A stretch of 64,000 bases of DNA from Octopus vulgaris (taxonomy: Eukaryota). The stretch is from the NCBI GenBank assembly GCA_951406725.2, contig OX597816.1, positions 47,554,001 to 47,618,000 on the forward strand. The letters are read 5' to 3'. The notes below the pieces were generated by a model. That model was not told the origin of the DNA, searched no databases, and saw only the letters and a program-made list of their open reading frames with translations. Shown piece by piece: positions 23,866 through 37,381 of this stretch. Numbering within the stretch: the first letter of the stretch is position 1; the number at the start of each line of letters is the position of its first letter. The position numbers and the translations under genes were made by a program.

Positions 23866-25261
23866 AAAATAGAACGTTGGGAGTAATTTTCATTTTCTCA
23901 TAATAGAGATGATAGTCGTGAAAATTTGTTGTTTTGCTTAGCCCCAGATCAATCCTTATTAAGCAAATCTATGATCAAAAACGTACTAGATCTGATCATT
24001 CCATTCTTGGGGATTGTAGGATTACATTACACAAAGTGTTCTTTCCTTTTACAAGAATATAATTCGAGATTTTTCTGCTATTTCTAGCATGTCAAGCAAC
24101 CACATAAATGGTGCAAAATATAGATGGGCCTTTTTCACTTCAGTTATTTCTCATCTGTTAGTTTCTGACAATGAAGTAGAAAATGTTGTATGTGACAAAA
24201 AATCCTGTTTTAAACTGGGAAATAATATTCCCATCAAAGGATAATTCTTGACACCTTGTCTAAGATAAATGATTTAATCTCTTTGAAGAACAATGGGAAA
24301 ATGTACCAGGGGACAACAGAAATGGTTTGCTGAAGCATAGGTAGTAAGTAAATTAATTCAAATACTAGTGGGACCTGTGGAAATTCTGTGTAGTGGAAAA
24401 AAATTAAGAGGACCTATTTAAGAAAGAAAGGGCGATTTGCATTTTTATAGCATTCATAGTTTAGCTTTCTTTATATATTCTTGACGTGTGTCTTCATTTC
24501 CTCACATCTCCATCAGTGTTGAGTTTTTCCTCTTTTTATTATATCTTCTTACTGTTCCTCTCTATATCTGTTCCATGCTCTATATCTGTGTATCCTTTCT
24601 TGCAACCATGTTTCTTGTGAATCCAAAGTTTAGGCTAAATTAAGCCATATAAACAAATATCAATTTTTTAAGTGAGCAGACGATAAATAATTGCACTTAT
24701 GTGTATGCAATAGTTGCTATAAAAAAAAATTAGTTCAATAAAAAAAATACTTTTCAACACATCACCACCACCACCACCATGGCGGAAGAATTTAATTCAA
24801 AACTTATGAAAACAAGACATTTGTACTCAGCTGGGTTTATAACGAAAGGGTTAAACCACGTAATAAATATTATTTCCCCACCAAACGTCATTAACACTTC
24901 TCTCTGCCTCATTTTGTCTTGTCTTTTTTTCTCTTGGTATACGAAAACTGAAATAAGCCTGTCGTATAGATATGTGTGTGTGTGTGTGTGTATGGTTGTG
25001 TGTCTGTGTTTGTCCCCCCCCACCATCACTTGACAACCGATGTTGGTGTGTTTACATCCCCGTAATTTAGCAGTTTGGCAAAAGGGACTGATAGAATAAG
25101 TACCAGTCCTTGGGTCGAGTTGTTTGACTAAAGGCAGTGCTCCAGCATGGCCACAGTCAAATGAGTGAAACAAATAAAAGAATGAAATAATAAAAGAATA
25201 TTGAGCATGAACAATATATAACTAGATCATTCAAGGGAAACAAACCTAAACGCCCAAAAAT

Positions 25262-25668
25262 AGGCGCAGGAGTGGCTGTGTAATAAGTAGCTTGCTTACC
25301 AACCACATGGTTCCGGGTTCAGTCCCACTGCGTGGCATCTTGGGCAAGTGTCTTCTACTATAACCTCGGGCCGACCAATGCCTTGTGAGTGGATTTGGTA
25401 GATGGAAACTGAAAGAAGCCCATCGTATATATGTATATATATGTATGTGTGTGTATGTTTGTGTGTCTGTGTTTGTCCCCCTAGCATTGCTTGACAACTG
25501 ATGCTGGTGTGTTTACGTCGCCGTCACTTAGTGGTTCAGCAAAAGAGACCGATAGAATAAGTTCTGGGCTTACAAAGAATAAGTCCTGGGGTCGAGTTGC
25601 TCGACTAAAGGCGGTGCTCCAGCATGGCCGCAGTCAAATAACTGAAACAAGTAAAAAGAGTAAGAGTA
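25262..25668 (+). mobile_element. SINE-A, full length, young
   Basis: Near consensus, CpGs retained. Confidence 0.92.
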
Positions 25669-25729
25669 AACCATTTGCTTACTACATTATGTAACTTTAT
25701 TTTCATTCCTATTATTCCTTTGTTCTATT

Positions 25730-25925
25730 GACAAAAGTCCTAAAATTTTAGGGATGGGGCAAGTCAATTACATTGACCCAGTATTCAACTGGTACTTACT
25801 TGATCTACCCTGAAAGGATGAGAGGTAATGTCGACATCAGTAGAATTTGAACTCAGAACATAAAGACAGACAAAATGCTGCAATGCATTTTACCCAGTAT
25901 GCAAATGATTCTGCCAGCTCACCAT
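25730..25925 (-). mobile_element. SINE-B related, old subfamily
   Basis: GAGTTCAAATT B-box and CATCCTTTC..GG..GAT..AAGTACCAG body; similar copies at 26545-26752, 41718-41895, 57460-57655. Confidence 0.7.
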
Positions 25926-25934
25926 CTTTCAAAC

Positions 25935-26530
25935 ATAATCATCATTATCATCATTTAGCATCCATTGTCCATGCTGGCATGGGTTGTATGGTTGGACTGG
26001 GCTGGCATGTTGGAAGGCTGTGCCAGGATCCAGTCTGATTTGGCATGGTTTTCTATGGCTGGATATCATTCCTAACACCGACCACTCTGTGAGTGTAATG
26101 CGTGCTTTCATGTGCCACTGGCATGAGTGCCATTTGTGTGACACCAGTATCTTCTATGATTGTGATTTTGTTTGGCTTGATGGGTCTTCTTTTCAAGCAT
26201 GGCATAATGCCAAAGGTCTTGGTCATTGCCTTTGTGAAAGGAGCTTGGCCACTTTGCCTCCATGAGGCCCAATGCTTGAAAGGAACTCAGCCATCACGCC
26301 ACCATGAGGCCTGTTCAAAAGGAACTCAGCCACCTCGCCTCTGTGAGGCCCAACACTCGAAAGGAACTCAGCCACTTTGCCTCCATCAAGCCCAATGCTC
26401 AAAATGTACTCAGCCACTTTGCCTTGGTGAGGCCAGACGTCCAAGGTTGATCTTTCTTTTTACATGCCACCAGCACGGATGCACTTGGTTTGATGGGCCC
26501 TCTTAAGCAGAGCACATCGCCAAAGGTATC
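25935..26530 (-). mobile_element. RTE-related 3' UTR (other subfamily) with five ~42-bp tandem units at 26236-26442
   Basis: (CAT)n tail and CCATGCTGGCATGGGTT end; unit GAAAGGAACTCAGCCACTTTGCCTCCATGAGGCCCAATGCT. Confidence 0.75.
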
Positions 26531-29500
26531 TGTAATGTTTATTTAAAATTTTAGCACAAGGACAGCAATTTCAGGGGAGAAAATAAGTCAGTCACATCGA
26601 CCTTACTATTCAACTGGTACTTATTTTATTGACCTTGAAAAGATGAAAGGCAAAGTCAACCTTGACAGTGTTTGAACTCAGAACATAAAGGCAGACGAAA
26701 TGCCACTAAGCATTTCGCCCAGCATACTAACAATTCTGCCAGCTCACCACCGTTTTCATTCCTATTATTAAAGAAATATATGTTTGCTAAAATTTTTTTT
26801 CTCTGACAGGTAAAGTACTATAATTATTAGGTATCAGTAAATTCCAACTTTCATCAAGATAAGAATTAAATTTATAATATGTTCCGAATAGAAAAGTTAT
26901 TGTTTATTTTATTTTGTTTATTTATTTATTTATCTATTTATTTATTTATTGCACAATCAGTTAGCCAAGTTTTCATGATCTGTGTGATTTAAGAGTCAAT
27001 AAGATTTTGTGCCAATTAATTTAAAATGCATTTTGTCGGATTGTTGGAAAACACCCAAAACCTTTCAATTTAATTCATATTTTATTATGAAGATTGTTTT
27101 ACAAGAAATAATGTTTAAAAATCCACAACAACAACAACAACAACAGCAACAACAACAGAAAAATGAAGTTTGGAATATTGTTTTGGTAGTTTGTTTAAAA
27201 TCAATTATTTTCTGTTGAGAGAGTAGCACAAACCTTTACGATTTATTATCTTGTTAAAAATATATACATTTTTAACAAGAAATAAGCACTTATTTTAGAT
27301 TACCACGAGAGATGTGAGTATAATTAATTTACAGCCAGTGTCTTATCTTCATGAAATTTAACTGAAATTGTTTCTGTGTCTGGAGCTAAATTTGACATTT
27401 TTAAATAGATTTATTGATATGACTGTTGTTGTTCCTGCCTCCACTATCTTCTGCTCTGGCTATGTGCCTCTCTGTAAGTTAAGATGACCATTGTTGTTCC
27501 TGCCTCCACTATCTTCTGCTCTAGCTGCATGCCTCTCGGTAAGTTAAACATAGCAAATATCAACATGGTTAATTTAACACCTTTTACTTAAAGTGAGAAT
27601 ATTTCTCTATGGCAAACTGCAGTGAAATTCCTCTGTACCAGTTAAATATGTCCCAAACATATTTGGACTGATCTAAAGTTTGTTTAAATAGTATCACTGC
27701 TTTGAGCGTCTTGTATATACTCCGTGGCAAACCGTGGTAGAAACGTCTCTTTACAGGTCAAATATGTCTCAAACTTATTTAAACTGATCTAAAAATGAGT
27801 GGTACCTCAATGGTGTGAGAAAACTTAGAAATATTTTGGGTGAGACTGACGGAAATAGCTGAATTAAACTTACTGTCATAAATACTTCATCCTTTCATCT
27901 TTTTCTTTTCTTTATTTTCAAAAGCTAATGAAACATTCTTGACTGAAATAGAAAGCAATGAATGATCCATCGTTGTCTCTAAATTGGTTCTGTTTTAGTT
28001 CCAGTTAAATTTGATAGCAAGAAACATTTGAAGTACTTTGAATTGTTGGCAACATGACAACAAACTGTCTCAATTGTTGTTTAGCCCTAGGCCACCCTGA
28101 TTGAGCAGACCTATCATCAAATGAATTCCAAGAATTATCATGCTATTTATTTATATTTTTTTCATACATAGTACATCTATGGTTACGTAATCCAATACAC
28201 CTTTCCTTTTTAATATAGTAAGATGTGAATTAAACTATATTTGGCTGCTATTTCTTCCAAACTGAGCAACCACATGGAAGCTCTCCTTTATCATTGGCTT
28301 GTAAAACTAATGCAGTAGACAGTAATGCAGAGTTAGGTATGTTGGATATGTTAACAACTAGATGAAAAGGAAGTATCTTGCCATTCAGACGATGTTTTTG
28401 TTTAACTTACCATTAATATTGTAAAAGTTCAGTGAGCGAGCTGCCATCAAATTAGTAGTTATATGCTTCATAACAAATTTAACGCTGGAAAGTCACGTTT
28501 CGAAAATATTGCTGCCTCAGATGTTATCTACTTGTTTGTAACAAGTGCACGAAACTGATCAGATAGCAGAAAACAAATAATATGCGAAAATTAAGGGGAA
28601 ACAACAACAGTAGTTTCTCATTATTTGGAAAAAGGCTTTAAAAATAAATTGCAAACATACCTTCGAGTAGAAAGAAATGCTGTTTTGTCTTCCATTATAA
28701 TTCTATTCACAGCATTATAGAAATATAAACTAACTCTAGTGCTTCACTTGTATTTTATTTTATCAAACCTGGAAGGAGGAAAAGCAAAGTTGGTCTTGGT
28801 GATATTTGAGCTCAAAATGTAAAATACTGTAATTTAAATACTGCTGGGCAGTTTTTGCATTTTTTTTTCTTTTCTGAAACTTTAATGCTTCCGCCATTTT
28901 ACTGCCAAGTTAATTCATTGATAACATATCTAATGCAGAGACTAGCAAGAGGCAAACACAAAAAAAATATATATTAGTTATTGACTACTATATTTTTGTT
29001 GAGTACAATGTGATCTCAGATATACTGACTCCTATCAAATTTTGTACCCAAAAATCAATAAGATATTTTCTCCTCTTATCTTTTAGTTTACTTTCAAATA
29101 TAATGATAACTACCAATTTTGACTTTAATATTTTGTATCAGATTTCTTACAATACTGCACAAGTAAATATAATAATAGTATTTCCATTTTTTTAGTAAGT
29201 ATGGGAGATAACTCTAGATATGTTTCCATACTATTAAAACCTTCTTAGGGAAGCACATACTTCACTGTGCTTGGTGATGAGAATATTGCTTTGTGTACAT
29301 ACAAGATTGTATGCTTGTTGGGGTAGAACAGTTTCTCAATCATATTGACATTGTAGTGAAAATAGAGATCTAATAAAAACTGCTGGCACATTTTACATGG
29401 AAGCTTAAAAATTACAGTCACACTTCAATAGATGCAGGCATGACAATTGGCACTGGTGTGACTTTGTAGTTGAGAAGCTTGCTTTATAATTGTGTAGGTT

Positions 29501-29562
29501 CAGTCCCACTGCATGGAACCATAGGCAAGTATTTTCTACTATTACCTCATACTGACCCATAC

Positions 29563-29980
29563 AGACGCAGGAGTGGCTGTGTGGTAGGTAGCTTGTTTAC
29601 CAACCACATGGTTCCGGGGTTCAGTCCCACTGTGTGGCACCTTGGGTAAGTGTCCTCTACTATAGCCTCGGGCCGACCAAAGCCTTGTGAGTGGATTTGG
29701 TAGACGGAAACTGAAAGAAGCCCGTCGTATATAAGTATATATATAGATGTGTGTGTGTGTGTTTGCGTGTCTGTGTTTGTTTCCCTAGCATTGCTTGACA
29801 ACCAATGCTGGTGTGTTTATGTCCCCGTTACTTAGCGGTTTGGCAAAAGAGACCGATAGAATAAGTACTGGGCTTACAAAAGAATAAGTCCCGGGGTCGA
29901 TTTGCTTGACTAAAGGCGGTGCTCCAGCATGGCCGCAGTCAAATGACTGAAACAAGTAAAAGAGTAAAAGAGTAAAAGAG
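29563..29980 (+). mobile_element. Young SINE-A nested in an older SINE-A2 (29455-30310)
   Basis: Older head at 29455-29560 continues at 29985 and ends in the RTE-like tail AAGCATGGAAAAGTGGACATTAAA. Confidence 0.88.
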
Positions 29981-30537
29981 TATACCTAATAAGTGGATTT
30001 GGTAGATAGAAACCGAAGGAAACCCATCATATATGTGTGTGTGTGTATGTGTGTATGTCTGTTTGTAAGAGTGTGTGGATGTGGATGTATATGTGTGTGT
30101 GTGTGTGTGTGTGTACTTGCGTGATGGTTGTTGTTGGGTGAAGTTGTTCGTTTCCAGTCTTCTGTGGAAAACATGTCTATCCATGGCAAAATATTACCTT
30201 GCCTGGAAACAGGTAAGGGCTGGGGACAGGAAAGGCATCTGGCCGTAGAAAAACCTGCCACAGCAAATCACACCTGATCCATACAAGCATGGAAAAGTGG
30301 ACATTAAATGCTGTTGCTGCTGCTGATTGTTGTTGTTGTTGTTGTTAAGCAACAAGACGGGTAAGGGTGATTAGGTGATGGTCTAGGGCTTAGGGGTGGG
30401 AGATCCCAGACCTTGGAAAAAAAACAAACTTTGGTCGTCTTGATGTAGTCGAGGGCTCTTCGTTGACACCTGACACCACTGGGAGGTGGCCCTCGAAGTT
30501 GCTGGAAATGGAGATCTCCAGGTCCAAATTCTTGAAT

Positions 30538-30540
30538 GGC

Positions 30541-30575
<35 letters not shown>

Positions 30576-30728
30576 ATGAGGATGACGGTGATGGTGATGA
30601 CGATGGTGATGATGATGACAACAATGATGAGGGTGATGATGATGATGATGTTGATGATGATGATGATGGTGATGACAATAATGGTGGCGATGACGACAAC
30701 GACGATGATGATGGTGATGATAATGATT
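30538..30728. repeat. (GCT)n(GAT)n microsatellite
   Basis: Direct. Confidence 0.95.
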
Positions 30729-31914
30729 CTGTATAAGAAATTAAAATTACTGGTACAGTTTGCCTAGGAAGTTAAAAATTGTCAATACACTTTGTATAGG
30801 AAGTTAAAGGAAGACTTATGTTTTAAAGGTAAAAGTTGAGAGAAAAATATAGAATAATATTGCTTAACTTAATGACATTTACACACAACAAAATTATAAA
30901 GATCCCATTTTTCAAGACACTCAAGCATCAGTACAGATTTTCTAAATCTTTAAAAGTATATCTTTAACAATCTGTAGTGCACCTAGATGCCTCTTGTGAC
31001 ATATCATAGCACCATGATGTGCTATTTGAAAACAACTGATTATGGAAGAAAAAAATAGAAATTTTTGAAGAATAAATTACTCAAAGACAAATTAGTTTCT
31101 AGTGAACTATCACCATAATTTCCGCTTCTGTTCTTCTTGATTACAGGCAATTTCATTGAAGTTTCTAAACACCTTTGAAGGAAATATATAAGCATTTGCA
31201 ACAGCTTATTCGTTGTTAACAGTAAATCTAAGCCCATATATTTATATGAGAAATCAATATTAACTGCGGTTATGAGCTAAAATATAAATATATTTTGAGC
31301 ACTCACTTTCTTTTTTAGCCTTGATATTTCAGAAGTATATAATTTCCATTAATTTTCATTTAGATTTTAATATAACCTCATTGATATTTTTACTTAATTC
31401 ACTTAGCTTGTACTTTTCAAATTACTTAAACTTCATCCCATTCTCTCTCCCTTTGCTAGAATTTTATACATGTCATAACATCTACATATTTTATGATTGC
31501 CTATCATTCTTCATTTATTAAAACTTCAAGCCAACAAAATTTTTATCTCAGAAAAACAAAACAAATTATTTAAGAATTTAATTTGTTTTATTAAAAAAAA
31601 AAAAAAAATTATTTTCCATCGAATTTTGTTCTGTGGCTGTAGAAACATACACACACACATCACGAAATGCTTAGTGTGGTGGAAAACGAGTAAAATGTGT
31701 TTTATCACTCAAGATAGAAGCTTTCCATTTGTGTTTTCTTTTCTTTTTATTTTATCCACCGAAATGAAAATTTTTAAATATTTTACTCTAGAAACTTTCT
31801 TTTCAATCCTCCAAAGAATTGCTCATGCTTCTGAGATAAATCTATGTTCATTTTGAACTCCATTTTGTCTATCGATTTTATTTTAGTGAAGGAATGTGTA
31901 TTTGTGTTTGTGTG

Positions 31915-31948
<34 letters not shown>

Positions 31949-32640
31949 CAATAGTTAATTACACTAAACCAAGATCTTGTCATATGCTGGAAAGTCTGGC
32001 ATATTCAAAAAATTCTGCAACCATTTTGTTTGAGCATGTGTATTAGTTGGGAAATATTATACAGATGGGTTTTAAGTTTGCTTTCATTTTAAACAAAAGA
32101 TATAAAAAAAAGCAAAAACAAAAAAGAATAAGAAAAAAGAAAAATTAAGAAAAATATATTTTTGAATTAGGAACCTGTAGAAACATGTAGTAGCATTAGT
32201 AGCATACTGAAGACAATAGAAGCTAAAGATATGAAATACATAGAAATAGTGCATTAATAGTACATGCAGGATATAGACTTTTATGATATATATTTGTGTG
32301 TTAGAAATATTGAAGCATCTCTTGAATATATGATTATATAAATGTGCAGGCATAACTGTGTAGTAAAGAAAGTTCACTTTTCAACTATTAAGTCTCAGTG
32401 CAAGGTGTCTTGGGCAAGTACCTTCTGCTATAGGCCTTGGCTGACCAAAGCCTTATGAGTGGATTTGGCAGACAGAAACCATAAAGAAGCTTGCACAGGT
32501 GTGGCTGTTTGGTAGGAAAGCATACTTCCCAACCACATGGTTCCAAGTTCAGTTCCTTTGCATGACACCTTGGTGAAGGGTCTTCTGCTACAGCTTCAGG
32601 TTGATCAAATCATTGTGAGTGGACGTGGTTTATGGAATCT

Positions 32641-32869
32641 TATTTCTTTATTGCCCACAAGGGGCTAAACATAGAGGGGACAAACAAGGACAGACAAAGA
32701 GATTAAGTCGATTACATCGACCCCACGGCGTATCTGGTACTCAATTTATTGTCACTGAAAGGATGAAAGACAAAGTTGACCTCGATGGAATTTGAACTCA
32801 GAACATAACGACAGACGAAATACCGCTAAGCATTTCGCTCGGCGTGTTAACGTTTCTGTCAGCTCGCCA
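32641..32869 (-). mobile_element. SINE-B, full length, with 13-bp TSD
   Basis: TSD GTTTATGGAATCT at 32628-32640 and 32870-32882; B-box GAGTTCAAATTCC; ends TGTGGGCAATAAAGAAATA; inserted in a SINE-A head. Confidence 0.92.
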
Positions 32870-33117
32870 GTTTATGGAATCTGAAAGAGGCTTGTTATTG
32901 TAAAATATAACTGTAAAACATAGCTATCACCACCACTACATGAACCTGAAGATTGCATATTTTAATGCATGAAAGTACTAGTTCAATCAGAACGGACATT
33001 TAATATTCTATCATTTCATTATATTATATTTTATCATTTTATTATTAGATTGTAAATAAAATGAGAAAATCAGAGAAAATTGGAATTTCTTTGAGTAATA
33101 TATATATATATAGATAT

Positions 33118-34550
33118 AGTTTGTGTGAATCCTTTAAATCTTCATGCTTGAGTAAACTAGAAAGAATTAGGAAAAAGATCAGGCATTTTTTCAAATCCTT
33201 CAATCTTAAACTAGAATTTATGACCAATACTAAAATAGTAAACTTCTTAGATGTTACGTTAGACTTGAATAAGCACCTTCACCACCCGTATAGGAAACCC
33301 GAAGAAACTACCAAATACATCCATACCTCTTCCAACCATCCACCCTGTATAATTAGCACCACGGTCCAAGCCATCTCAGACAGACTTACAAAACTATCCT
33401 CTAATAGAGAAATTTTCAATAATCACGCACAACACTACAACCAGGCTCTCTATAGTGCCGGGTATAACCAGAGAATATCATATGTAGACCACCCGGGAAC
33501 GTCCGTCGGCCATAAAACTCCCAATTATAATCGAACTCAGCACTCAACTCACACTAGCGATAATTCTAATTTAAACTCCAAACAACGTATAGGAAATAGG
33601 CGAACTAATAGAATAGCACACAATAGTAACCCTCCCGACGAGAGCAATATAGATCCTATTAGGAGAAATAGAAGGGATAATAGTAGATTACGCAAATATA
33701 TATGGTTCAACATACCTTACAACTTAGCAGTTAGGGGTAAGTTATGTAAGAGAATATTCTCTATCATTTCCAACAACTTCCCACCCACCCATAAGTATAG
33801 AAGTATCTTCTCCAACAAAACCATTAGGATTTCCTACTCTACCCTGCCCAACATGAGCTGCCTCATAGCTAAACATAACTATATTAATATTAGAACAGCT
33901 AGATCAAGAGCAAACTATAGCGACCAACAGAACCTCCCTCATCTAGATAGTAGACAATATAACCAGACTGGCAGCCATACTACCCAAACAGTTAGTAATA
34001 ACACCCGCCAACACAACAGAGGAAATACTACACCCATCAACAACCAGGAGGATATCAACGCCCCCACTCGTATTGCAACACCTCCGCCTGGGATTAGCAG
34101 CACACGACCGAATAATGCAATGCAATGCAACTGCAGATGTGCATCAGAGTGCCCGCTACAGGGCGCATGTAGGGCGAAAAACGTAATATATTCATGTGAG
34201 GTGAGTACCCAGTTTAACACACTCACCTACATAGGTTGCTCAACCTCCTGGAAATCCAGATACTACAACCACCGGTCCTCGCTGAAACACAGACATAAGG
34301 CTAACAGCACCTCCCTTTCTAAAAAATTTGGGAATTAAAAGACAAATGCATAGGCTTCAAACTCAGGTGGTCCATCATCGGATCAGCTGCACCTTATTTA
34401 AATAATAGAGCAGGATGCCAACTATGTTGTGTAGAACTCCTGAACATCTTGAAATTCAAAGACAAACACAATCTTATTAACAAAAGGTCAGAGTTCAAAC
34501 CATCCTGTATACACAAACTTATTAATACTTTCAAATACTACAAAGCTTAG
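33118..34550 (+). pseudogene. PLE ORF fragment: RT C-terminus and GIY-YIG endonuclease, one frameshift
   Basis: VNFLDVTLDL, PYRKP...YIH..SNHPP, IWFN.PY, CNCRCASECPLQGAC, NVIY...YIG...KSRYYNH; frameshift in the A-run at 34321-34326, after which IWELKD...CQLC..E...LINKRSE...CIH..* continues. Confidence 0.88.
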
Positions 34551-36531
34551 GCTATTATACCAACTCCCCCATGCAATTTCCTCCCACCCGGTGCAACCTG
34601 TCGGCTCCAGCACATCCCGCTTTCCTATATGCGCGTGTATATGCGTATATGTGCGCGTATATATATGTATGTGCACATATGTGTACGTATATGTATATAT
34701 ATATATATATGTGCGTGTGTGTGTGTGTGTGTGGGTGTGTGTATGTGCATATATGTTTCCCTGCATTTTCCTCCTATATATACAAATTTTGTCTCCCATA
34801 TATGTCTTCTTTTCCCTACATATTTCTTCTCCTACACCCATATCCTTCCTATATAGTCTCTTTATTTCCCTATATCTATACTCTTTCACATTTCTTACTC
34901 GGATGTTGAACGCACACCGCCAAACTCCACTTCCCACCCTTCCAATTTTCAGTTCCCCCCGCCCGCCCCTACGTGGGCACCTTTAACACACACCTCTAAC
35001 TTTCAACCACCTTCATCTCATGTTAAACTTTACCAAATTATATTTTTATTTTATTTTATTTTATTTTTATTTTTACTTTTATTTTTACTTTTATTCTACT
35101 TCGCTTTATTCTCATTTTTATTTTCATCCCTTATCTTAATTCTTATAATTTTTATAATTTTTATATTTCATTTCTAACTTTTACATTGTATTTCTTATTT
35201 TATACTGGATTTCTTACTTTTATTTCTAATTTTTACCCTTACCCTCATTCTTACCCCTAACTTATCGCTTTATATCTCTATATATGTCTATTTTTTTTGC
35301 TTATCCCTTATTTACTTACCTATGGATCCACTTTATGATTATACGAACGTCCGTGTACGTATGTATACGTATACATACATGTACATATGTACGAGTAAAC
35401 ATCTACGTCTGGATGTACATACCCCGTATTTCTTTTTTTACATGTTTTCTTATATTCATATGTTTACACCTATTTGTATACATCTTTTAATATCTTATAG
35501 CTATACCCATATGCGCGTATGTCTCTGTGTGTGTATGTAAGTGTATATGTGCACGCACATATGGACACACAGCCGTGTGTGCGTGCACGTGTAGACGTGA
35601 GTGCGTGATTCTTTACATACGTTCTTATATACATCCTTTAATATCTTATATCTAAACCTGGAAGCGTGGGCATATGTGTATGTGTATGTAAGGATGGGCG
35701 CACGTATGTACATATGGGTGTGTACACGTATAATGTCCGTGTATACATGCGGATATTCTGTTGTATGTATGTATATGTACGCGCGTGCGTGTGGGTGTGT
35801 GTGTGTTTATGTACATGTTTACACGTGAGTGCGTGTGTATGCTTATAGGCTTGGAGGCGTATATGTACGCGTGTATATGGGTGTATGTATCCATGATGGT
35901 GTGTATGTACGAGATGACCAATTAATTCAAAGAACTAGATTAAACGCTCAACAGCTCTGATTTACAACACATTAGGTCCCCAGACGACACTGTTGATTTA
36001 TTGACACCCAAAACTTCTACAACTAAATTTTATCAATCTCCTGACCACCATGTTTGGTCCGTAACCTCTATACATCCCTTATCTTTATATTTTTTTTACA
36101 TTTTTATCATGTTTATTCCTTTTTTTAATTTTTTACTTTTTACTTTTATTTCTATTTCTATTTTTACTTTATAACCTTATGCCTTTACATTTATTTATAT
36201 TTCTTTATATTCTTTATACCCCCTTTACATCTCCTTATATCCCTTTATATCTTTATACTCTACATTTTTATATTTTTCTATACTTACACTTTTTATACAT
36301 TTTTTATCCCTCGTCCTGAATTCTCGCCCCTCCATCTTCACGTCTATATATGTATTTACTTATTTACATTACTTCAACATCCAAATTTCCTCATTCTACA
36401 TTGAGAGAAGAAAGAGATGGACGCTTCAATTCTATGCTGCTGCCGCATTATGTCGTACGCGAATGAGAGGATTTGTATCCCCAACCAAGAATTTTTGATG
36501 TAACACATGTCCTTGTGGAAGCTGTTGTGCA

Positions 36532-36607
36532 CGGCTGAAGAAGGCCACAGACATACATTATGCATTGTTATAAATCTGTCTAATAAAGGCCCGAAACATA
36601 TGTACCG
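36532..36607 (+). ncRNA. Minimal type I hammerhead ribozyme in PLE 3' end
   Basis: CGG-CTGAAGA-AGGCC..(ACAGA/TCTGT extension)..GGCCC-GAAAC-ATAT-GTA-CCG; palindromic stem III ACATATGT, GUA site. Confidence 0.78.
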
Positions 36608-36643
36608 CTGAATCCTTCGCATCATGTTTTTATTTTGATCAAT

Positions 36644-36669
<26 letters not shown>

Positions 36670-36674
<5 letters not shown>

Positions 36675-36823
36675 ACAATTATTTGGTAGCCATGATGAAC
36701 TCTGAGTTTCAGATGTTGGGGCGGAAACCCATGCCACCATCTCTTATCCGGCCGGCAGCGTGAGTTTCTGCCCTGACATTTGAAAGTCAGAGTTTTATCA
36801 TGGCTACCGAATAATTGTCACAT
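36670..36823. repeat. Hairpin element (~65-bp arms) with one-sided extension to ~36900
   Basis: ATGTGACAATTATTTGGTAGCCATGAT... / ...ATCATGGCTACCGAATAATTGTCACAT, within (TA)n. Confidence 0.85.
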
Positions 36824-36899
36824 CATATTTACAGATAAATTCCTCTATTTACATAATATCAAGGTCTCTTTCATTCTTTTGTTGTCTTACCATTTCTAT

Positions 36900-36945
<46 letters not shown>

Positions 36946-37234
36946 CCACATACATATATGCATGTGTGTGTGTGTGTGCACGCATGTAGGGAAGAGATGT
37001 CTTTGTATCTGTGTTTGTCCCCCACCACTGCTTGACAATTGGTGCTGGTGTGTTAATGTCTCTGTAATTTAGCAGTTATGCAAAAGAGACTGACAGAATA
37101 AGTGCTAGGGCTCTAAAGCAATAAGTCATGGGGTCAATTTGTTTGACTAAATCCCTTCAAGGTGGTGCCTCAGCACGGCCATGGTGAAATGACTGAAACA
37201 AGTAAAAGAAAAGATAAAAGATATGTGTGTGTGA

Positions 37235-37268
<34 letters not shown>

Positions 37269-37291
37269 GTATATATTTATATATATAAATA

Positions 37292-37381
<90 letters not shown>

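Larger units (their letters stand above)
33115..36645 (+). mobile_element. Penelope-like retroelement (Hydra-clade-like), 5'-truncated
   Basis: RT thumb + C-terminal GIY-YIG ORF, ~2.1-kb low-complexity 3' region, terminal hammerhead, (TA)n on both sides. Confidence 0.85.

Noticed and set aside
30325-30535. Possible LINE 3' end with (CAA)n tail on the minus strand (RRALDYIKTTKV)
   Set aside because: Too short to assign with confidence
30486-30767. Poly-Ala/Asp or Met-rich ORFs
   Set aside because: (GCT)n(GAT)n microsatellite
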